Below are positions 8,766-19,300 of a stretch of DNA of 64,000 nt, one piece after another. Each line of letters begins with the position of its first letter. Within the stretch, counting starts at the first letter, position 1. The stretch lies in IMG/VR virus record IMGVR_UViG_3300037067_011302, positions 96,001 through 160,000 of that record; one strand, given 5' to 3'. The notes beneath the pieces are model-generated. The model made no database searches. It was not told the DNA's origin and worked only from the letters and a program-made list of their open reading frames with translations. Made by a program: the position numbers and the translations under genes. Source of the stretch: a virus (taxonomy: Duplodnaviria; Caudoviricetes).

Positions 8766-11700
8766 CAGATCGACTCCTTACCATACGTTTCGATTGACAC
8801 GAAGTACTTCTCAAATGTCATGTCACCCTCTCCTCGATCACGATCGCGGTACCTGTACGAATTCACAGTCGAGTCAAGGCCTCCTCTTATGACCTTCACC
8901 AATGTATTCATCGATACGTCACTTGCCCTCTTGATCTCTGATGAATTGACGCGACCAACTGCGGTGACGTCACCCTGTTTGATCAACTGTTCTAGCACGC
9001 GTTTGCCGTGAGGCGTTCTAGTCGTCATCGCGTAGTCTATTTCAAATTCATCCGGATCAATGATGACGTTGAACACCCTGTCAAACTTCTTTGGTGTCAA
9101 GATGCCCTTGAGCACGTTCTTTGGATCAGCAAATGGGATGATCATTCTTGACATTCCATCGATCACTCGCATTCCGTGCACGACAGCCTCAGCAGAACCA
9201 GCATTGATTCCTGAGATGCTCGTTGCCAACGTATCAACGCTCGGGCGAGCAATATTGGTGTCAACTATCGACTTCGCAATCGATTCTTTTGATGAATCCG
9301 GCGCACCGTACACGGGCATCGTTGACGTAAACAACGCTCCATTCGTCACCTTTGAAAACGATGATGCACCAATCGAACGTTCATTGACAGTTGACAGGAA
9401 CTTCTCGGCCAACGACTTTACAGTCGTGGGATCGATCAATTTCGCAATCGATGAAAGCGTGAACCTGTGCTCTCCAACGTTCAGGCCCGTCATGACCTTG
9501 ACGTATAGTTCCAACAGATAACTGATCACGTGATTTTGTGCCAACTCACGTTTCTCATCATCGCTCAAGAATGAATACGACGCGTCATCAAATGCTGCGA
9601 CGTTGCCCCTTCCGACGGCTCCTGTCGAAGCAACGTATCGACTCACTGTCCCACGGCCGACGCCAAAATCACGCATTGGTGCAGACGCAATGACGTCATC
9701 AATGTGTGAATTGCCCGACAATTGATCGTATTCATCATCATTACGCACAGGAAATCTTGACATCTCGAACAAAAACTTTCGTGGTTTGTACACGATGTCA
9801 CTGTTCTGAACGTCGATCTTATACACAACAACGTTGACAACATCGTCCTGTCTCTGTAAGTCAGACGTGTTTCTCACATCTTTGAGTTGAAACTTCTGTT
9901 GCAATTTCTTCGTAAAGCCCAGAGGCACGCCGACCGTCAAAATCTTCTTGTTGTAACCTTTCTTTGATGACATTGATTCTGATTTGAAGAATTCAAGAAC
10001 AATGCTCTTCATCTTCGTTGACAACACGCTGTCATCCAACATTTTCACGATGTCATCATTATCAAAGTTGCCATCATAGTCAACGTCTCCGGCCCTAGAA
10101 GCGACGGACGTTAAACTGGCGCGTGCTGACACGTCTCTGATCAACGATGAAGCAATGTATATCTGTTGAACGTTCATCAACATCCCCAATAGGTTAGCGT
10201 CGACGATTGAAGCGATTGAGTCAATCGTCTCTCGGTGAACTTTTGATTCAAGAGAATCAATCATGTTCTTTGTCGCTGAAGACAATTTCTGCAGTGCATT
10301 CATCACGACGTACGTTGACTGTTGTGCCAGTGACACCTCACGTTCAATGCGCGTGAGCATGTCGTTCACCTGTTCGTAGTGTGTGATGTTCGTTCGTGCA
10401 ATGTTGAACATCATTGCACCTGTCATTGCACCGCCAACCGTCGTGTTCAATGAAACAGACTCAAACGTTTGATTTCCATACTTTGCACACGTCGTCACCA
10501 ACGCATCAAACGTCATCATCATCACGATCGTGTCAACACATCCGCTGTACCTCGTCCTGTCATTCAGCAACGAACCTGACTTGGAGAACGTTGAACTGAT
10601 TGCCTTCATGTACGACGTAATGAACTTTGACACGTACGTTGATCCCTGCAACATCGTTTTGATGTCATCCAACGAAGGTGACAACGTCGTCATCGGATTA
10701 TATGAACCGGCAGCGTCAAAGAAGGGACTCATCGTTGTCTTCAACGATCCAAAAGGCAACTTTGATGACGTTATCTTGAGTTCTGCAACGATCAATTCAA
10801 TGACGTGTTGTAACGCTTGTTGGACGACTGACAAAGTCATGTCAGGTGGAGCAAGCGTATTGAACAGCGATGTTCCGGTGTCAGATGCCATCGTGCACAA
10901 GACGAAGTAGACAAACAACAACGATCGAAGGCGTAGATTGTCATTTGAAAGCGCCAACACTGCACACATTCCATCAACGTTGACCTGTTGGTTCGTGATG
11001 CCCGTCTTTTCATCTAGAATTGGTTGAATCACGGCCTTCATCAACAACAACGGATCGCTAAGTGTTTCAGAGAACTTGCCAGCAGCCTTGTCTGTCGAAT
11101 CAAACGTTTGTGCCGACAATAAATTTAGGCCGCCGACCAAGGTACCAAACTGCTTGTGCATCGTCGTCAGTGAGACGTACAGTTCCTTCAACCTAGACGT
11201 GTCAAAACGACCTGCATCAAAGTTCATCACCGAATCAACGTAGTATGCAGAACCTGGCGTCAACGTTCCAACGCTCGACTCAATGAATTGTTTTTCGAAC
11301 GTCAACACGACTGAACTCGTCGTCGGTCGAACCTGTGCAACTGACGCTAGCGATCCAGCGTTCGTCAGTGGAACATCATCGACAGACCTTCCCACGTGTC
11401 CGATCACCTTGTCAAACAACTCAACGTTCCCATTCTGTACGACTTGGTACTTGAAGTCGTCCAACAACGTCCGCTGCACGTCAGACAACGACAGGCCTCT
11501 CGAATAGCGATATTCCTTTGAAATTTGATTGACGAGCGCCGCAACCTTGGTCTCTGACGTTTGAAATGACGTATCAGCATACAATTCATTCCATGCCTTC
11601 TCCACCTGTTGAAGCAACGTGTTTGCATTCGATGAATTCAAAGAACTAATCGTGCCGATAGTGGGAACGTCAGTGAACTTTCCCTCCAACGAAAAACGTC

Positions 11701-12769
11701 GATCATCATTCGTAACAATCGTTGATGCATTGTCACTATTTTTTTGACGTGCGGTACCGAAGTCAACCAATCCAAGCGAATGGTACCTGTACAGGTCCTT
11801 CATCTCTGACAACAACTGTAGCCACACCTTCGACGACATGAAGGTTGCATTCACCGTCGATGGATCGTACCCAAATTTCACGAGAACGTCAGAAAATGAA
11901 TACTTTGTCGGAAGAGTCCTCTTTGCAAAGCTCAACAGACGATTGACAGAGTTCGTCGTGTACTGTTTGCTGAACGCAAGCGTAAATCCTTGGATGAACG
12001 TCTCCACTTGAACGTCATACATTACGTCATGTAGGTCCAAACGCTTCTTCAATTGTTCAAGTCCCTGAACGAGCGCGAACAATGCATCAACGACATCCCG
12101 ATATTTAGCGATCGTCATCTCGAATTCAGACGACTTACTCTTCAACAAATTCCTCAAATCAGCGTGTCGAAATGACAAATTTTTCACGAGTGAACGAACG
12201 TCATCATGTCTGAGCGATCTGACATTAAGTTGCGTCAGCATGAACCTACCAGCAGACGTCAACGTATAGTCGTCACCGTCGTGTGATGACTGTGTGACGC
12301 CGTCATCCTTCCTGTACAACGGAAGAAAGTTCGTGAGCATGACAATCTCTGGACGTTCATTTGAAATACCTGTCAACTTTTCAAACGGTTCCAACGCTCG
12401 AGCCGACAATAAGTTGTCATCAATGTCGTCAATTTCGAGTAGATCAATGTCTGCGCGTGGACCATAGCTAGTCACGATCGAATTTACGTTCCTCTGCATT
12501 GACGTCAACGTGGGCTCACTACCGTTGACGATTGAATCAACAATCGAAGAGATCGTCGTAATTGAAGATGCACCCAGTGACGTAATGTTTGAAACAGGAA
12601 TCGGAACGAGAGCTGCCGGAGATGCTGATGATGCATTTGAAATTGAAGGACTTGCCTGTGATTGAACGGCGGCAGAAATAGTCCCAACGATCGATTGCAC
12701 CTGCGGGTTACCGAGCGATGCTGCATTCTTTGTTAGTTTGAACGTTCGTGACATTTTAGCCTCAAACAA
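8765..12769 (-). CDS. Large hypothetical protein (1334 aa; the start may be 12754)
   Basis: Long ORF overlapping both neighbours; no motif recognised. Confidence 0.7.
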   Translation of the reverse strand: MFEAKMSRTFKLTKNAASLGNPQVQSIVGTISAAVQSQASPSISNASSASPAALVPIPVSNITSLGASSITTISSIVDSIVNGSEPTLTSMQRNVNSIVTSYGPRADIDLLEIDDIDDNLLSARALEPFEKLTGISNERPEIVMLTNFLPLYRKDDGVTQSSHDGDDYTLTSAGRFMLTQLNVRSLRHDDVRSLVKNLSFRHADLRNLLKSKSSEFEMTIAKYRDVVDALFALVQGLEQLKKRLDLHDVMYDVQVETFIQGFTLAFSKQYTTNSVNRLLSFAKRTLPTKYSFSDVLVKFGYDPSTVNATFMSSKVWLQLLSEMKDLYRYHSLGLVDFGTARQKNSDNASTIVTNDDRRFSLEGKFTDVPTIGTISSLNSSNANTLLQQVEKAWNELYADTSFQTSETKVAALVNQISKEYRYSRGLSLSDVQRTLLDDFKYQVVQNGNVELFDKVIGHVGRSVDDVPLTNAGSLASVAQVRPTTSSVVLTFEKQFIESSVGTLTPGSAYYVDSVMNFDAGRFDTSRLKELYVSLTTMHKQFGTLVGGLNLLSAQTFDSTDKAAGKFSETLSDPLLLMKAVIQPILDEKTGITNQQVNVDGMCAVLALSNDNLRLRSLLFVYFVLCTMASDTGTSLFNTLAPPDMTLSVVQQALQHVIELIVAELKITSSKLPFGSLKTTMSPFFDAAGSYNPMTTLSPSLDDIKTMLQGSTYVSKFITSYMKAISSTFSKSGSLLNDRTRYSGCVDTIVMMMTFDALVTTCAKYGNQTFESVSLNTTVGGAMTGAMMFNIARTNITHYEQVNDMLTRIEREVSLAQQSTYVVMNALQKLSSATKNMIDSLESKVHRETIDSIASIVDANLLGMLMNVQQIYIASSLIRDVSARASLTSVASRAGDVDYDGNFDNDDIVKMLDDSVLSTKMKSIVLEFFKSESMSSKKGYNKKILTVGVPLGFTKKLQQKFQLKDVRNTSDLQRQDDVVNVVVYKIDVQNSDIVYKPRKFLFEMSRFPVRNDDEYDQLSGNSHIDDVIASAPMRDFGVGRGTVSRYVASTGAVGRGNVAAFDDASYSFLSDDEKRELAQNHVISYLLELYVKVMTGLNVGEHRFTLSSIAKLIDPTTVKSLAEKFLSTVNERSIGASSFSKVTNGALFTSTMPVYGAPDSSKESIAKSIVDTNIARPSVDTLATSISGINAGSAEAVVHGMRVIDGMSRMIIPFADPKNVLKGILTPKKFDRVFNVIIDPDEFEIDYAMTTRTPHGKRVLEQLIKQGDVTAVGRVNSSEIKRASDVSMNTLVKVIRGGLDSTVNSYRYRDRDRGEGDMTFEKYFVSIETYGKESI

Positions 12770-15203
12770 TCACGACGTTTGACGTCGCACCTTCACCGGT
12801 CGAATAATCGTTATAGATCGGCATCACAAAATACCTCAGTGAACCTGAATCTCGTGTGCCCAATTCGTGAATGAACTGACAACCTCCCTCTGAAAATGAG
12901 GAGTGTGCCTTTCCAACAATGAACCTAATTCCATCGACGACTTTCATCACGACAAAGTGATCGCATTCAGTGGTACGCCCAACGACGTTCCATGAAACAA
13001 TATTCGTGCCAACATCAAACTTTGATACATTCGCACTGTCAACATGTGAACGTGCGACTTGTAGCCGTACTTCGATCGATGACACAACGCCAAGTTCACC
13101 GTGTGTCATCTCGTCTTTTGCAAATCTCTTCATTGCACCGTTCCTCGTGACGATCGTTCCCTCGTTGAGGTTAATCGGGTGCATAAACTTTGACGGACTG
13201 AAGACGTATGACTTTTTCGTAATTTCGTCGACACTGCTCTTGATGAACTTATCAAACATCGTCTCAGGTGAACGCATTAGCACTGAAACATCGTACCTGT
13301 ACCTATTCCCACTCACCAGAGGTTCAACTGCATAGTTTGATCGTAGCAACTTGTCAGAAAATCTTGAGACGGTGACAACTCCAAAGTCCTCTCGTAGACC
13401 GGTCGTCATGTTGATTCGGTGCACCTTGTACGCAATCAATCCGCTGAGAAATTCACGTTCCTTTTCAACGTCACCTTGAAATAATTCCATCTGCTGCGAC
13501 GTCGTCAACAATGATTTCAACACATCGTGATGATTCTCTAGGATTGACGAATTAATGGTGAACGATACGTCGTAACCACCGACGTTCGTGACCTCGAGGT
13601 CGGTCAACGATAGTGAGACTTTTCCTGGATTTTGAATGACATATTCAACAGTGTGATGGCCAACCAATTCAACTGAACCACACCTGTAAAATATTTTCGC
13701 GGCATACTCGTACACGTTGTGTTGCTTGACGTTCTTGTCAATCGTAATGATGCTGTCGGCTTCACGTATGCTGTCAGTAATCAACAACACGGTGCCTCCA
13801 ACGTTGCTGTGTGATTTTTCGAACAACGTCAAATTTCTGACACAAAATTCGACTGACACAACGTCAGTCGGTATTTTCGATGCCTCTAACTGAATTCCAC
13901 CATCAACCAACTTTGCCGTCAATGAGAATGATTTGATCCGTTGACCACGTGTAGTGCCGACGACGACGTTCGTGTACTCAGAACCGACGCATCCACTTTT
14001 ACCGATCGGAATGACGCGGTAGATGGTGGCAGAACCCTTGGGAACATCAACGCTGATCATCAACGATGGATCGGATGCTTTCACGTCGTATGAACCAATG
14101 TATGCATACGTCCCATCACCAACCGTTGAACAGTTAATGCGTTTGTAGTATACGTTCACCGCAACTGCTTTCTTGTCAATCTGTTTAATGTCAAGCAGTG
14201 CCTTTGACACAGCGTCTGACTTCAAGACATTCACGATCGGAGGAATCCTAGGTGTATAGAACAATTGCACGTGACGAGCAAGGTCTAGTTGCTTGATCAT
14301 GGTGGCCACTGACGTTCCGTCTGCGCTGTCAATGAGATCAAATTTTACGTTGAACGTTGAATTCGATGAACCGTCGACCGTCCTAGCACTGAACGGAATT
14401 GTAACATCGACAGGAATTGTGAGGTCATCGCACGATTCAGTGACGACAACGTGCGTCATCTCATCGTCAGCCACGTCGTCTGTCAACTTACCCTTCTTTA
14501 CGTCAACAGTCAAGTGTGAATTCAACAATTGCACGCGCGGCGACGTTGAAACTTCTTGAGTGATGCTCGTCCTAGACACGCCCTGTGACGAATCAAATGC
14601 AGTCGCGGCACGTGCATTGAGATTCAACGATGTCGACGGATCGACGTTCTGCCTAACGATCATGTCCTGCATCATTGCCCGTGAACTGACGCTAGAGGAC
14701 ACATACGATGGTGCATCATATTTGAACTCACGCGTCAACAACGGAAGCGTTTCATTCGATCGTTTGACAGACAACGTCGAAACAAGCTTTAGTGATTTTT
14801 TGTTCAACTGGACGATGCTGTCACTCGGAACATTTGCTAGCAATTGACCGACGACTTCGTTGTTCACGAATGACGTGATGCTGCTATCACGTGAGACGAC
14901 GTTGTATGATTCCTGTTGTCTCATTGCGTTGCGAGCATTTGACGTATCAGTCAGAATGTTCGTGATAAATTCATTGGAATCTATCGATCCGAGGTGCGTT
15001 GCCGTCAACATGGGACTCTTCGCGATTGACCTCGTCGACACCGAGACATTCACCGACAACAATTCCGATGAAATCGTTGATCGTTGGTTGACTGAATAGT
15101 GAAATCGAAACGTCGCATTGCCGACATCATCAACGTTCACCAATTGAGCGTAATCGTCATCGATCGTCAACAGACTAGCGCGTTTCTGTAATCGAAAGTA
15201 CAT
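12762..15203 (-). CDS. Hypothetical beta-rich protein (putative structural)
   Basis: 813 aa ORF with Ig/FN3-like strand patterns. Confidence 0.6.
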   Translation of the reverse strand: MYFRLQKRASLLTIDDDYAQLVNVDDVGNATFRFHYSVNQRSTISSELLSVNVSVSTRSIAKSPMLTATHLGSIDSNEFITNILTDTSNARNAMRQQESYNVVSRDSSITSFVNNEVVGQLLANVPSDSIVQLNKKSLKLVSTLSVKRSNETLPLLTREFKYDAPSYVSSSVSSRAMMQDMIVRQNVDPSTSLNLNARAATAFDSSQGVSRTSITQEVSTSPRVQLLNSHLTVDVKKGKLTDDVADDEMTHVVVTESCDDLTIPVDVTIPFSARTVDGSSNSTFNVKFDLIDSADGTSVATMIKQLDLARHVQLFYTPRIPPIVNVLKSDAVSKALLDIKQIDKKAVAVNVYYKRINCSTVGDGTYAYIGSYDVKASDPSLMISVDVPKGSATIYRVIPIGKSGCVGSEYTNVVVGTTRGQRIKSFSLTAKLVDGGIQLEASKIPTDVVSVEFCVRNLTLFEKSHSNVGGTVLLITDSIREADSIITIDKNVKQHNVYEYAAKIFYRCGSVELVGHHTVEYVIQNPGKVSLSLTDLEVTNVGGYDVSFTINSSILENHHDVLKSLLTTSQQMELFQGDVEKEREFLSGLIAYKVHRINMTTGLREDFGVVTVSRFSDKLLRSNYAVEPLVSGNRYRYDVSVLMRSPETMFDKFIKSSVDEITKKSYVFSPSKFMHPINLNEGTIVTRNGAMKRFAKDEMTHGELGVVSSIEVRLQVARSHVDSANVSKFDVGTNIVSWNVVGRTTECDHFVVMKVVDGIRFIVGKAHSSFSEGGCQFIHELGTRDSGSLRYFVMPIYNDYSTGEGATSNVVIV

Positions 15204-15209
15204 GATTCC

Positions 15210-16178
15210 TCACTGGAATACCAACGTAAAGATGTGAACAAATGTGTGCGTGCCGTTACCGTCCAACATGACCTTTCCGACAAAGAACGCATGGCGCGTT
15301 GAACCATTGATGATGTACTTTCCGAACTCAATCACGTCAAGCTTTTTCAATGAATCGTTGTTGATCTCAAAGAACTGAGCAACGAGACGATTGTTACGTG
15401 ACGTAGGATCGAATGAGATCGTCTTACAACACCCGACCCTCTCAAAGTGTGCCAACTCACTCTCCAGTTGTTCACCAGAAAGTGATGACCTTGATTTTCC
15501 CCAAGGCCTGAAATTTCCCAATAGACGTGGTTTAGAGCCTTCAGTAACTTTGTTGATTGGTGGCAAGTACCTAAAGTTGACGAGCCGACTAAGACGAGGA
15601 TCATTGAATAGGCTCTCAACGTCAGTCAAGTTCACCGTCCGCAACGAACTGTCAGGCACCGGTGATGTGTTAGTCATCACAAATGTCAATGAGTCATTCC
15701 CTATGCCGAATCCATCGTCCTCGAAAATCGGATCGTGCGTTCCGATGATCCTGAGGTTTCTGAAGTTGTCAGGAGATGACATCAACAACGATTGTGCAGT
15801 GGACGCAAATTCCTCACCGTTCATGAACGTCATTCCGGTGCTAGAACCCGTCAACACGGTGCCCATCGATTCATCGAACGTGCACTGTACGATCTGACCA
15901 TCGCACACTGAGATTCCTTCAGTGTTCTTGAACGGCAACAATCGTCCAGAATCATCCGCCTCGAACGTCACCTGATCCTGAGGAAGGTGACATGCCTCGA
16001 GGTAAATTCTGGTCGTTGCATCGGCGGAACCACTCACGACGTCCGCTTTGTAATACGTCGCGGAGTCCGTGAATGACACAAACTCAACCTTCAACTTGCC
16101 CGACGCTATCTGTCGTCGACCTTCAAGCGTCACAAGCGTGTCGATCACGCGTTGTTTGTTGTCTAGAATACCACTCAT
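15210..16178 (-). CDS. Putative structural protein
   Basis: N-terminus 'MSGILDNKQRVIDTLVTLEGRRQIA' resembles 5985..6701; ATATTTC motif and AGGA RBS upstream. Confidence 0.6.
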   Translation of the reverse strand: MSGILDNKQRVIDTLVTLEGRRQIASGKLKVEFVSFTDSATYYKADVVSGSADATTRIYLEACHLPQDQVTFEADDSGRLLPFKNTEGISVCDGQIVQCTFDESMGTVLTGSSTGMTFMNGEEFASTAQSLLMSSPDNFRNLRIIGTHDPIFEDDGFGIGNDSLTFVMTNTSPVPDSSLRTVNLTDVESLFNDPRLSRLVNFRYLPPINKVTEGSKPRLLGNFRPWGKSRSSLSGEQLESELAHFERVGCCKTISFDPTSRNNRLVAQFFEINNDSLKKLDVIEFGKYIINGSTRHAFFVGKVMLDGNGTHTFVHIFTLVFQ

Positions 16179-16226
16179 TCCTGAGTGAAATATGGTTCTC
16201 GATGTCTACAGACGCCCGAATGAATT

Positions 16227-17384
16227 TCAAGTGCCGGGCGAAAATGCAATCGGGTAGACGATCGTGACAATTCCACCCTCAGGTTGTGGGAAGCTCAGGC
16301 CGTAGAAGGCCCTCGTCACGCAGGAGACGACGCCGCCGTCCGGAATGTCGCCACCGCCGCTCACGTTGGAGACCGTGCCGTCACGACCGATGACGAAGCG
16401 GACGATCACGCGCCCGGCGAGGCTCGGGTTGTTGCGCAGACCGTTCTCGTAGCAGAGGCGGAAGCGGCCGAAGTTCTGGCGCACGATTCGTTGTATCACT
16501 TCCGGCGGGAGCCTCCCGCTGACGCTCGTGGCACCAATCCTCACTCGTGGAACTGCGATCCTGTGTCCTCCTGACAAACCTGCACGTCCGAACCCAAATC
16601 CTTGACCTGGACCCATACCTGCACCATGACCGATCGTTCCAATCGATCCTAGACCGATTCCTTCACCCTTCCCATTTCCTCCCTCGCCGATACCACTCAA
16701 TCCAAGCCCACCAGCACCGTAGGACTCACCGATGTCGCGACCCCACATTGCTCCATTAGCACTCAACGGGTCACTACCTGAGGCACTCTCAAGACCCCAG
16801 ATGGCCGTTGGTGAGTCGGGGTCAGCACCTGCTCCTGAGTTGAGCAGCCCAATCACACCAAATTCAGCAGCATCGCGGAGAGCACGTTGACGAGCGATGT
16901 GAGGATCGACGTTGTCAGAGGGTCCCTTCACGGCATAACGATTTCCACTGAGATCGCTGTTGACATTCCCCATCGATCCCTCTTCGCCCTTTGCCCGAGT
17001 GCCTGTGCCTCCTTCATGTTCATCACGACCTACGTCAACGACGGCTTCATCCCTTTGCTCAAAATCACGTTCAGAAGAAGAATCAACGAGGTGCTTGATG
17101 AAATAGCGCTGATCTTCAGAAACAACATCATCGCCGATCATCGATGACGGAGGCATGAACATTGCCATCGCCGTGAGAACCATGCAACCAGACGATTTGC
17201 TGTCATTACAATTAAAGTAAAGTGCTTCACCTGATTTTTTTGCCTGTTGTGCAAACCGACGTATGCTAACATCTGGCATCGCATCAAACAACGTTTGTGC
17301 AAATTTCATGCCAGTGTTAATTGCATGCATATCGTTTTTTGCCTCACGTAACACTTCAACAACATATGATTTTAACACATACAT
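16227..17384 (-). CDS. AgmX/PglI C-terminal domain (GltG/TonB-C-like) protein of myxobacterial origin with a phage-type N-terminal leader
   Basis: C-terminal 'SGRLPPEVIQRIVRQNFGRFRLCYENGL..NPSLAGRV.VRFVIGRDG.VS...VVSCV.RAFYGLSFPQPEGGIVTIVYPI.F' and Gly-rich linker 'GTRAKGEEGSMG...GLGLSGIGEGG' resemble Polyangiales GltG-like gliding proteins. Confidence 0.85.
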   Translation of the reverse strand: MYVLKSYVVEVLREAKNDMHAINTGMKFAQTLFDAMPDVSIRRFAQQAKKSGEALYFNCNDSKSSGCMVLTAMAMFMPPSSMIGDDVVSEDQRYFIKHLVDSSSERDFEQRDEAVVDVGRDEHEGGTGTRAKGEEGSMGNVNSDLSGNRYAVKGPSDNVDPHIARQRALRDAAEFGVIGLLNSGAGADPDSPTAIWGLESASGSDPLSANGAMWGRDIGESYGAGGLGLSGIGEGGNGKGEGIGLGSIGTIGHGAGMGPGQGFGFGRAGLSGGHRIAVPRVRIGATSVSGRLPPEVIQRIVRQNFGRFRLCYENGLRNNPSLAGRVIVRFVIGRDGTVSNVSGGGDIPDGGVVSCVTRAFYGLSFPQPEGGIVTIVYPIAFSPGT

Positions 17385-17465
17385 AAATAATATGTATTAT
17401 TCGCGAAATCGTGAAAAAACGTCTGGTGTTGGGCAAATGAACTGTCGATATGTGAAACTCATTTG

Positions 17466-17762
17466 CTAACGATCCGCCCAGAAAGAACGTCTTTCCTCTG
17501 CCACTTTACGAACTTTCGGGTCAACGTCATTCAACATTGATTCAACGTGTTGACCAATCCTGAGCACGACCTCATATCGCACGTGGCTATCATCGTCTTC
17601 CATCATCTAAGTGAGGTATTCTTTGTCAATGTGTTGAGCAACAAAACGACGTACTCTTATGCTCTCATCGTTCATCATCTAGGGGGAAGCAGCAGCACGA
17701 TCTTCTAGAAGGACGATCGATTCCCTGATCAGACGTCTCAACACGAAAATACGCATCTTCAT
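17466..17762 (-). pseudogene. Short paralogue of the HEAT-repeat protein 4575..5969, interrupted by two in-frame TAG codons
   Basis: Manual translation: MKMRIFVLRRLIRESIVLLEDRAAASP*MMNDESIRVRRFVAQHIDKEYLT*MMEDDDSHVRYEVVLRIGQHVESMLNDVDPKVRKVAEERRSFWADR*. Confidence 0.75.
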
Positions 17763-17831
17763 AGATGCAATTAGACGTGTAACGACAATGACAGGAAATG
17801 ATGAGATTTAACTACTAAATCTTGTTAGATG

Positions 17832-19241
17832 TCACAGGATCTGTGCCGCCAACGTTGCCAACGTGCTGCGCTCGCCCTTGATCAGGCTGACGTGACCGGC
17901 GATCTGTTGCTCCTTGAAACGTTCCGCCACGTACGTGAGGCCATTCGTGTAAATGTCAACATGGACATTATCGATTTGGGTAATATCGCCGATTAATACA
18001 ACCTTTGATCCCTCACCGACGCGAGTTATGATCGTCTTGATCTCGTGTGTTGACAGATTCTGACACTCGTCAACGATGACGAACGAATTTGGGATCGATC
18101 GACCACGAATGTAGGTCAGTGCCTCAACCTCAATGAGACCCTTCTCCTGGAGCAGTGACAAGTACGTTCCCTCATCGTGGGACGGTTTTTCACCATTGAA
18201 GTCCTTCGACGATTGCTTACGTACCTTCTGAGGTGGACGCTTCGACCCAAACAAGAAGTTCAGGTTGTCCTTGATGGGCGCGATCCACGGGTCCATCTTT
18301 TCGTTCAACGTTCCCGGGAGGAATCCGATGTCCTTTCCCATTGGCTGAACGGGCTTCGTCACGATGAGTCGATCGTACACCGCTCGAGATGAAGTGCCGA
18401 TTCCCTTGACCTGCTCAAGAGCAGCCGCCAACGTGACGCATGTCTTTCCGCACCCTGCTGGACCACCCAACGTGACAAGCTTCACGTCATTGTCAAACAA
18501 CAGCTCGAGCGCGAACGTCTGTTCCTTGTTCCTGGGCTTCAGGCCAAACGCAGACTTGCTCTCTTCGAGTGGAAGCAATGCATTGGCACTCTTCACGTAC
18601 CTCGTGATCGCTGACGATGAAGGCTGACCCTCGGCGACATACTTCAAGATGACGATCTGATTGGGAAACAATCGCGTTTCAAACAATACGTCCGACTCGA
18701 CGGCGATCGTCTTGTTGCCGTAGAACTGCTCGACGACGCTGAGCGGAACCTCGATCGTCGTGACGCCGCGGTAAAAGCTCTGTGGATCGTGAGCAATGCG
18801 CATCTTGAGGTAATCATCGCACTTGATCCCCATGCTGTCGCACTTGATCCTGACGTTGATGTCCTTAGAAACGAGGATCGCCTCTAGGCCACAATCAGGC
18901 TCAAACGTCTGCATGAACGCAATGATCAGATTGTCGACCTTGTTGCTCAACAGATCGGTGGGCAACCTACTATTGAGTTCATTGCCGATCATTGCAACGC
19001 TCAACGTTCCTCCACCCGTCAGCGGCACGCCCTTCTGTAGGCTAAAGCCAGACGTCCTCATCTCATCAAGAGTACGACTGACCTGTCGTGCATTTCGACC
19101 CACGTCATCCATGCGGCTCTTGTGCCTGTCCAATTCCTCGAGGACGACAAGTGGAATGATCACGTCATTGTCTTCAAATGCAAACATTGCATTCGAGTCA
19201 CTGAGAAGCACGTTGGTGTCGAGGACGTATATCTTTTTCAT
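17832..19241 (-). CDS. phoH: PIN-PhoH family protein (PhoH2/YlaK type)
   Basis: N-terminal PIN domain (YVLDTNVLL...VLEELD..K), Walker A GPAGCGKT, 'GFLPG', 'RGRS', 'DECQN', 'GDITQID'. Confidence 0.95.
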   Translation of the reverse strand: MKKIYVLDTNVLLSDSNAMFAFEDNDVIIPLVVLEELDRHKSRMDDVGRNARQVSRTLDEMRTSGFSLQKGVPLTGGGTLSVAMIGNELNSRLPTDLLSNKVDNLIIAFMQTFEPDCGLEAILVSKDINVRIKCDSMGIKCDDYLKMRIAHDPQSFYRGVTTIEVPLSVVEQFYGNKTIAVESDVLFETRLFPNQIVILKYVAEGQPSSSAITRYVKSANALLPLEESKSAFGLKPRNKEQTFALELLFDNDVKLVTLGGPAGCGKTCVTLAAALEQVKGIGTSSRAVYDRLIVTKPVQPMGKDIGFLPGTLNEKMDPWIAPIKDNLNFLFGSKRPPQKVRKQSSKDFNGEKPSHDEGTYLSLLQEKGLIEVEALTYIRGRSIPNSFVIVDECQNLSTHEIKTIITRVGEGSKVVLIGDITQIDNVHVDIYTNGLTYVAERFKEQQIAGHVSLIKGERSTLATLAAQIL

Positions 19242-19300
19242 TCTTTTGCCTTCAGTTAGTGTACTACATCACAGCGATGCTTACATTGAAATTGACCGCA

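Noticed and set aside
17466-17762. Genome-wide TAG reassignment (alternative genetic code)
   Set aside because: Long genes are intact under code 11, and TAG terminates several apparently complete genes (e.g. ends at 30846, 32165, 48373, 62902).
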